Positions 56,496 through 64,000 of a DNA stretch of 64,000 bases are shown here, one piece after another. The first letter of the stretch is position 1; each line of letters opens with the position of its first letter. Under the pieces are notes generated by a model. That model saw nothing but the letters and a program-made list of their open reading frames with translations, did not search any database and was not told the origin of the DNA. Made by a program: the position numbers and the translations under genes. This DNA is from the human T2T-CHM13v2.0 reference genome, Homo sapiens, in the NCBI RefSeq assembly GCF_009914755.1, contig NC_060936.1. One strand, given 5' to 3'.

Positions 56496-56871
56496 TAGAA
56501 CTGAGGCCTCACTGTGTTGTTCAGACTGGTCTCCAACTCCTGGGCCACACAGTGATCCTCCTGCCTTGGCCTCCCAAAGTGCTGGGATTACAGGCGAGAG
56601 CCACTGCACCCAGCCACTAAAAGATTTAAACTGTTGTTTTAAACATTATCCTTACAACTACTTTGTTGGGAAGCCTACTGTGCAGATTATAGTGTTGTGG
56701 TTCTGCAATACAAAATATTATTCGCCTCAAACATTATCCACTAGAGACCAGGCACCTATAATCCCAGCACTTTGGGAGGCCATGGCTGGAGGATTGCTAT
56801 GTTGCCCAGCAGTTTGAGACCAGCCTTGGCAATGTAGCAAGACCCTGTCACTGTTTAAAAGAAAAAAAAAA
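56018..56871. mobile_element. Three Alu monomers: + (56018-56167), - (56454-56616), + (56748-56871)
   Basis: FAM/FLAM-type monomers with A or (TTTA)n tails. Confidence 0.8.
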
Positions 56872-57574
56872 TTATCCAAAGCAAAAAGAAGGGGCATTTT
56901 TCTTTGTCTTTATTTAAAATGTTTGGCTGAAATTTGGCCAGGGCCTTTATATAATAAGGTGAAGCCTAAGCTTTTTAATATGTTTGTTGGTTTTTATGCT
57001 TTCGCCTTCTATGTCCCAGAGAATTTTGAATATATCAAATGAGAAAGAAGCCCAGCTGTCTGTCCAAGAATTTCTCATGCAATGATTATAAGTACAATGG
57101 CTATTGCAGTAAACTTTTGGAAGAATAAACTCTTTTAAATGGGAAGGTTTGCTACCAAATAGAAGACAACTTCCCGGGGAATTTTTGAGATAGGCAGGTT
57201 TTAATCTCTTCTGTGTACACGTATTCTAGAGTATTTGGAAATGAATGCATGCCCAGTTTTTAGCAAATGATGTATTGTTCATTGCATAGGCATATTCCTG
57301 TAAGTATATGCCCCTTGCCTTGGCCCCTTTTTGTCCTGTTTATTATTGAAGAGAAGTTTACTCACCTTTGTTGATTACAAGGCTAAGGATGAGGTATTTG
57401 TGGGAGAGGGGAGCAAAGATCATAAGGCCTCAAATTGAGGAGCTTCTTGCAGTAAGATAAATCACAAAGAAACACCTCTTTGGTTGCTGAGTCTGTCCTC
57501 CTGTTTGCCTTCAATATTTGTGGTCAGAATTAGATCAGAGCTGAATTCCAATTGTAAGTCTAGCAGTTGATATC

Positions 57575-58067
57575 TTTTTTTTTCTAACTTATTATTTTGA
57601 AATCATTGTAGATTCACAAGCTGTTGTAAAAAACAATACAGAGAGATCTCGTATACCTTCTGCCAGTTTCTGTCAATGGTGATATCTTACAAAACTGTAA
57701 TATCATTTCACAAGCAGGAAATTGACAATGATACAAACCATTCACTATATAAATGTTTCAGCAGCCTTACATGCACTCCTTTGTGTGTGTGTTTACTTAG
57801 ATCTGTACAGTTTTATCACATGTATAGCTTTGTGTGACCACAACCCATACTCAAGATAACAAACAGTTCCATTACAAGGAACCCTTGTGCTACCTTTTGT
57901 AGCCACGGCCGCTTCCCTCCATCACCTTCCCATCCCCAACCTCTGGCAACCACTAATATATTCTCTATCTCTATAATTATGTCATTTGAAGAATGCTATA
58001 TAAATGGAATTGTATGGTATGCAATCTTTTGAGATTGGCTTTTTTCACTCACCATCATTCCCTTGAA
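57575..58067 (-). mobile_element. L1MC 3' end
   Basis: ccaacctctggcaaccactaatatattctctatctctataatt; atatctttt on both sides. Confidence 0.8.
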
Positions 58068-58781
58068 TATCTTTTGATCTCAAGAAAAATAAAAATTTTG
58101 CATCTGTTTTTTTAATTTGGACAGAGGGCAATTTAAGGCATATTTGTTTTATGGTTAAGATCCAAAATTTGTTACTGATACTAGAGAAAAAAATCGGGAT
58201 TACCGTCAGTGTTAGTTTGAAGATTTGATAGTGCCAGAGAGCACATGGGGAAATTAAATGTATTCACATACTATTTATTGTGATTTTACTTGATTTTTTC
58301 TTAAGTAAGCCGGTAAAGCATAAACTTCCTAATGTTCTGAGATGGTGATTTTTTTCCATGTTATAAATGGTATTAACATGTTACAAGGAAATTCCCTCAG
58401 TGTCATCTATCAATGCCAAAATCATATTGAAGCAATTGTGGAGGATATTACAACTCAAGGAGAGATTTTATATATCCTATTGCAAAGTTTAAAGTATTTT
58501 TTTTTGACTGTCATTATATCTCTAGTAAGAGGCTGTGGAAATGAAAATCCAGTGTTCAGTTTTTCTTTGTCTGAAAAACTGATGACAGCAAGATAATGTT
58601 TTTCTGTATCTTTTTAAACAGCCTCTATTTTCTCCTGCCTTGATAATATGTTGATGACTCTGTTCAGTCTAGATATTAAAATGGTCTTGATCATTTGAAG
58701 CCTCATAGAGCCCTCACAGATAGGATACCATGCCTTCCTAACAACCCTGTTTCTCGCTGTTTTCTGGTGTGTTCGTTGTAG

Positions 58782-58962
58782 AATGTGAGCCAATAGAAGC
58801 AATAGCCAAGTTTGACTATGTTGGGCGGTCTGCCAGAGAACTATCCTTCAAGAAGGGTGCCTCCCTGCTGCTGTATCACCGTGCATCTGAGGACTGGTGG
58901 GAAGGCAGGCACAACGGGATTGACGGGCTGGTGCCTCACCAGTATATAGTGGTGCAGGATAT
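58782..58962 (+). CDS. SRGAP1: SRGAP1 exon (181 nt, phase 1-2), SH3 domain
   Basis: gttcgttgtag|AATGTG ... GGATAT|gtgagt; AKFDY, ELSF, DWWEG, GLVPHQY SH3 motifs. Confidence 0.97.
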
Positions 58963-59683
58963 GTGAGTAGTCTCAACTTTGATTGCCTGAGTGCTCCCAA
59001 TAGAGGACTCCAGCCATTGTTCTTAAACTGACCTTGGTCTTGTGAGAAAGGAGCAGAAGGGATTACAGAGATAAAACTTCAGAGCTAGGCACAGTTCCTT
59101 ACCTTGCCAGTGGCTCTTTGCTAACAGTAAGTCAGGGCCCAGGAGGTTTGGAACAAGAACTCTGGGGAGACATCTTCTGAAGCTTTCAGATTGTTAGAAA
59201 AATAACCTATGCATAGAATGGTGTTAAGAGCTGAAGTGACATTGGTAATTCCAAAAACAGCAGTGCTCTTCTCTTGATGTCTGTTTACCGTTTCAATTCC
59301 AGATTCCCCAGAGGAAGGACACTGACCTAAAGTCAGAGGGAATCATTGCTATGCTGTTTTTTGTTTTGTTTTGTTTTTTGCTGAGGAGAAAGCTCTAATT
59401 TCAAAAGTATTTAAAGACATGGGAAGATAGTCATAACATATTAAGTGAAAGAAACAGGTTGCAAAATAATGTGTAGTCCAAAAGTAGCTTTTTAAGGAAA
59501 AGACAAATATAGCACACAAAAGGTATACAGTGACTGAATCATTCAGCCTAATTTCAGAAATGTTAAAATGTGTATCTCGGAAGCCAAGAAATGTGTGTAT
59601 ATGCAGACATGTAGTCATATATATCTGAAATATCTACATATAAATATATTCATATATAAAATAAATTTGCATAACTATCTGTA

Positions 59684-60036
59684 CAGTCATGTACCACACA
59701 ATGACATTTTGAGCATCAATGGACCACATATATGATGGTGGTCCCATAGGATTTAATATCCTATTTTTACTGTACCTTTTCTATGTTTAGATATGTTTAG
59801 ATACGCAAATACTTGTTTACACCATTGTGTTACAACTGCCTGTAGCATTCAGTACAGTAACATGCTGTGCAGGTTTGTAGCCTAGGAGCAATAGGCTCCA
59901 CCATGTAGCCTAGGTGTGCAATAGGCTCTACCATCTAGGTTTGTGTAAGTGCACTCTATGATGTTCCCACAATGATGAGATTGCTTGACAACGCATTTCT
60001 CAGAACGTATCCTCGCCGTTAAGCAACACGTGACTG
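59684..60036. mobile_element. Tigger3a/MER7-type DNA transposon inside an old L1 3' fragment
   Basis: TA|cagtcatg...gatggtggtcccatag...cacgtgactg|TA. Confidence 0.85.
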
Positions 60037-60394
60037 TAGTATAAATGCCATACATATGTATGTACACAATCACAGATATGTATCCCAGGCATAGAATAGA
60101 AGATGGAGGAGGATATTTCTTAAAATTCTAACAGTAGTTGTCTCTGGATGTTATATTATGGGTGATTATTTCAGTCTTTTTTGTATAACTGAAATTGCTG
60201 TTGTACCTGTAATGAAATTGTATTGCTTTTATAATGAAAAGAGAAAAGTTATTTTAATAAAAGAAGGGCTTTCATGCATAATGCTATTTCATACATAAAT
60301 GCTATCACGTAAATTTTCATCTCCACTCATCTAGCAAATTTTGTAAAATTTGTAAATCTAGTAAATTTTGTCTCCATTCCTCTTACTGCTTCAG

Positions 60395-60529
60395 GGATGA
60401 TACGTTTTCAGACACTCTGAGCCAAAAAGCCGACAGTGAGGCCAGCAGTGGGCCAGTCACGGAAGACAAGTCCTCATCCAAGGACATGAACTCCCCGACA
60501 GACCGTCATCCTGACGGCTATTTAGCCAG
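60395..60529 (+). CDS. SRGAP1: SRGAP1 exon (135 nt, phase 2-2): DDTFSDTLSQKADSEASSGPVTEDKSSSKDMNSPTDRHPDGYLA(R)
   Basis: cttactgcttcag|GGATGA ... GCCAG|gtaagt. Confidence 0.95.
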
Positions 60530-60665
60530 GTAAGTAGAGCCTGGGAATCAGGCCCCTAAGCCTCCGCTCCTCCTGGGGCCATGAGGAGCCACTGCACCTC
60601 AGCCTTGCAGTACTGCCCGGTGTGATAAGCTCTTCTGTTTTCTCCCTGTTTCTGTGAATGTCTAG

Positions 60666-61005
60666 GCAACGAAAAAGAGGAGAGCCACCCCCTCCAGTAA
60701 GGCGTCCTGGCAGGACCAGTGATGGCCATTGCCCGCTCCACCCTCCACATGCCCTTTCTAACTCCTCAGTTGACCTAGGGTCCCCAAGCCTTGCCAGTCA
60801 CCCCCGGGGCCTGCTGCAGAACCGTGGCCTCAACAATGACAGTCCTGAGCGGAGGCGCAGGCCTGGCCATGGCAGCCTGACCAACATCAGCCGGCACGAC
60901 TCCCTCAAGAAGATCGACAGCCCTCCCATTAGAAGGTCCACGTCATCAGGGCAATACACGGGCTTCAATGACCACAAGCCACTGGACCCAGAGACAATTG
61001 CTCAG
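60666..61005 (+). CDS. SRGAP1: SRGAP1 exon (340 nt, phase 2-0): QRKRGEPPPPVRRP...KPLDPETIAQ
   Basis: gaatgtctag|GCAACG ... GCTCAG|gtacga; ORF 60658..61020. Confidence 0.96.
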
Positions 61006-61412
61006 GTACGATGCTTTTAATTACATATTGCATTTTAAGTACCTAAGTGTGATGTAGGAGGTGTGAAAGATTTACTTTATTTACTTTTTACTTTATTTAC
61101 TTTATATTTCTGTATAGAACCAACTAAAGAAAACAGAAACAAAACCAGCTCATTCTTTAACTTAGGCCCTGAGTCTTTTTTGAACAATTTGTTACTGAAA
61201 GGGCCCAAAGGTTCATAGTGATTTAAACAGAAACATGACAAAAACGTAGGACCAGGACACTCAAACCTATCATTGTGAATAGCCAGAAAAACTTTGAAAA
61301 AGAAGAATGGGAAAGCAGTGGCCCTGCCAGATCCTAAATGCATTCTAAAGCTAGTAAAACAGACAGATGGATGAAACAGAATGGAGAGCCCAGAAACAGA
61401 AAAACCTTAAAA

Positions 61413-61496
61413 CAGTAGTCCCTCCTTATCTGCAGGGCATATGTTTCAAGACCCCCAGTGGATGCCTGAAGCCACAGATAGTGCAAACCCCTACTG
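61413..61496. mobile_element. MER44/Tigger7-like short relic
   Basis: cagtagtccctccttatctgc...caagacccccagtggatgcctgaa...ctactg|TA. Confidence 0.65.
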
Positions 61497-61787
61497 TATA
61501 TGATAAAGATGGCACTTTCAACTTAGAAAAGATGAGACCTAATAAATAATGTGATCAATAATAGATAGATATTTGAAGAACAAGTCTGGATCCTATGTAC
61601 CTCCTGAACACATTCAGGTCTTTGCTTCCCAACAGTGACTGCAGAGGGGCTGTGTAGTTTTCTTCTAATGACTAAAATTGACCAAGTAAAAGGGAAACAA
61701 TACTAATAAATTTGCCCATCATTCTACCATTTTTCCCTCTGGTTCTGGCTCTTTTCACAGCACAGGCCATGAGAACATATGTTCGTA

Positions 61788-61934
61788 GGCCTAGTGGGTG
61801 GCTTACACCTGTAATCCCAACACTTTAGGAGGCTGAGGCAAGAAGATAGCTTGAGGTTAGGAGTTTGAGACAAGCCTGGTCAATATAGCAAAATCCCGTG
61901 TCTAAAAAAAAAAATTTTTTTTTAATTACCTAGG
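61788..61934 (+). mobile_element. AluJ left arm, cut off by the HERV-L LTR
   Basis: Left arm, linker and first bases of the right arm (aattacctagg), then LTR. Confidence 0.8.
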
Positions 61935-62369
61935 TATATTAGGATTCTCTAGAGGGACAGAATTAATGGAATATATATACATATAAAGGGGAGTTTATTA
62001 AGTATTAACTCACACAATCACAGAGTCCCACAATAGGCCATCTGCAGGCTGAGGAGCAAGGAGAGCCAGTCCAAGTTCCAAAACTGAAGAACTTGGAGTC
62101 TGATGTTCAAGGGCAGGAAGCATACAGCACGGGAGGAAGACGTAGGCTGGGAGGCTAGGCCAGTCTAACCTTTTCATGTTTTTCTGCCTGCTTTATGTTC
62201 ACTGGCAGTTAATTAGATGGTGCCCATCCAGATTAAGGGTGGGTCTGCCTTCCCCAGCCCACTGACTCAAATGTTAATTTCCTCTGGCAACCCCCTCACA
62301 GACACACCCAGGAGTAACACTTTGCATCCTTCAATCCAATCAAGTTGACACTCAGTATTAACCATCACA
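61935..62369 (-). mobile_element. MLT2A (probably MLT2A1) 3' LTR of HERV-L
   Basis: Minus strand starts TGTGATGGTTAATACTGAGTGTCAACTTGATTGGATTGAAGG; preceded by polypurine tract GACAAGGGGTAGACT (62370-62384). Confidence 0.9.
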
Positions 62370-62780
62370 AGTCTACCCCTTGTCAACTTGAACCCATAAA
62401 CATCTCCTGAGATCGTACATAATCTTCAAATAAAAACAATAATGTCATAATTACGCCTAACATGATACAACTGTCCTTTCCTATAACCGGAAACACACCA
62501 ATCCCCAACCCAAATGCTATTACATAAAGTTAACAATACTTAAATGCTGATAGGAAGTCAATATAATCTTATGTCACATGCTAAAGGAAAAAGGAAATAA
62601 AATGAAGATATTTTCCTAGTACAAGTGTATACATGCACAAACATGTTTTTAACGAAAGAAGGAAATACTCATGACAATTACAGTCCCTGTTTCCACGTGG
62701 TCATAGCTGGTATTGATGACTACCTTCTACTACCCATTCCGTATTCCCTTTGCCTTCAGCAAGCACCTCAGCAGGTCGTG

Positions 62781-62781
62781 G

Positions 62782-62813
<32 letters not shown>
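62781..62813. repeat. (GTT)11 trinucleotide repeat inside HERV-L
   Basis: Read directly. Confidence 0.95.
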
Positions 62814-62814
<1 letters not shown>

Positions 62815-62883
62815 TCCTGGCGGAGTGACCCAAACCTTCATTCCTGAAGGGTCTGGGCCATTTGTAGTCCTGCCTGGATTGGG

Positions 62884-63200
62884 CTATTGTAGTTTCCCAT
62901 TGACCTTAATCACAGAGCGTGGTAATACTAAGAAACGCCCTAATGGATCTCCTGTATTCCATGCACACTCTTTTTTACCTGCATCGTGGAGTAGTCGACT
63001 GATTTCATCTTGATAGTCTGAGTCAGTCACCTTAGCCAACACTGTAACTCCCTTCTTAGTCTGTTGCCTTAAAGGTAGGAGGAGCCCAAAGTGTCCAGGT
63101 GGCAATCTTAACTCAATGGCATTGTTGCTGTGTCTCCTGGTGGCACATTCCTCCCTCTGGAACTGAGACCTCTAGGCCAGCAGAACATAATGTCGCGGGA
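62884..63200 (-). pseudogene. HERV-L dUTPase, disrupted
   Basis: LPPGHFGLLLP...GVTVLAKVTDSDYQDEI...WNTGDPLGR correspond to degenerate dUTPase motifs; frameshift near 63115. Confidence 0.8.
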
Positions 63201-63204
63201 ACAG

Positions 63205-63924
63205 GAAGTAAAAATGTTGCTAGGGGGTCACTAGGGATAATGATGAATGGTGCCACTTCCACTTCCACCTCTTGATTCCTGGACCCGTGAATCCTGGCTA
63301 TGGGAGAAACTGCACCATGTATTGGACACAGATTCAGAGCATACACAGCCTTCTGGGGAACTTTGCCCCAGCCCTGCAAAGTATTGTCACCTAGTTGGTG
63401 TTGCAATTGTGACATCACAAGACCAATCCACCATTCTGTCAATCCAGCTGCTTCAGGATGATAGGGAGCATGGTAAGACCCATGAATTCCATGAGCATGA
63501 GCCCACTGCCACTCTTCTTTAGCCATAAAGTAAGTGCCTTGGTCAGAGGTAATGCTGTGTGGAATACCATCATGGTGGATAAGGCATTCCATGAGTCACA
63601 GATGGTAGTCTTGGCAGAAGCATTGTGTGCAGGATAGGCAAACCCATATCCGGAGTAACTGTCTATTCCAGTGAGGACAAACCTCTGCCCTTTTCATGAT
63701 GGAAGAGGTCCAGTGTAATCAACCTGCCACCAGGTAGCTGGCTGATCACCCTGAGGAATGGTGCCATATCGAGGGCTGTGTTGGCTTCTGCTGCTGGCAA
63801 ATTGAGCACTAAGCAGTGGCCATAGCCAGGTCAGCCTTGGTGAGTGGAAGTCCATGTTGCTGAGCCCATGAGTAACCTCCATCCCTGCCACTATGGCCAC
63901 TTTGTTCATGGGCCCATTGAGCAA
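63205..63924 (-). pseudogene. HERV-L pol integrase, disrupted
   Basis: TWWQVDYTGPLPS*, GIPHSITSDQGTYF, YHPEAAGLTE (DDE core) split by a stop and frameshifts across ORFs 63694..63924 and 63113..63592. Confidence 0.88.
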
Positions 63925-64000
63925 GAACAGGGGTGGCTGGGGAAAGAGGCTGAATGGTGTCCACAGAATGGCTCATCCTATCCACTTGATTATCAAAATC

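Larger units (their letters stand above)
62370..64000 (-). mobile_element. HERV-L internal region (continues past window)
   Basis: Integrase then dUTPase, no env, then polypurine tract and MLT2A LTR: ERVL organisation. Confidence 0.92.

Noticed and set aside
62625-63013. Poly-Val / poly-Cys ORFs
   Set aside because: Translations of the (GTT)n repeat on the antisense strand of HERV-L.
63113-63592. 159-aa integrase ORF as a possible domesticated gene
   Set aside because: Lacks the first catalytic Asp (separated by a stop and frameshift) and frameshifts within dUTPase; a decayed provirus.

Overview
Primate (very likely human) genomic DNA covering the 3' half of SRGAP1 (SLIT-ROBO Rho GTPase-activating protein 1) on the + strand. 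Thirteen GT-AG exons (11723-61005) splice into one open frame of 1755 nt (585 aa). They encode the end of the F-BAR/F-BARx region, the RhoGAP domain, the SH3 domain and most of the Pro/Ser-rich tail. From memory these are probably exons 9-21 of 22; the start and the last exon lie outside the window. A 34-nt exon (24702-24735) is a frame-equivalent, mutually exclusive alternative to the 103-nt exon. The introns carry about 25 Alu/FLAM copies, old L1/L2/MIR fragments, DNA-transposon relics (MER2, Tigger3a, MADE1, MER5, MER44), solo LTRs (MER9, MLT1, two MER54/MER74-like) and, at the right edge, the 3' end of an antisense HERV-L provirus (MLT2A LTR, dUTPase, integrase). Nearly all ORFs in the supplied track are repeat-derived or random. 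I found no prokaryotic-type system. The best leads are splicing-level: two candidate in-frame microexons (6 and 21 nt), two routes to an SRGAP2C-like F-BAR-only product, a DUX4-motif LTR pointing antisense into the gene, and several repair or retrotransposition scars. Repeat subfamily names come from recalled consensus sequences and were not verified by a search.
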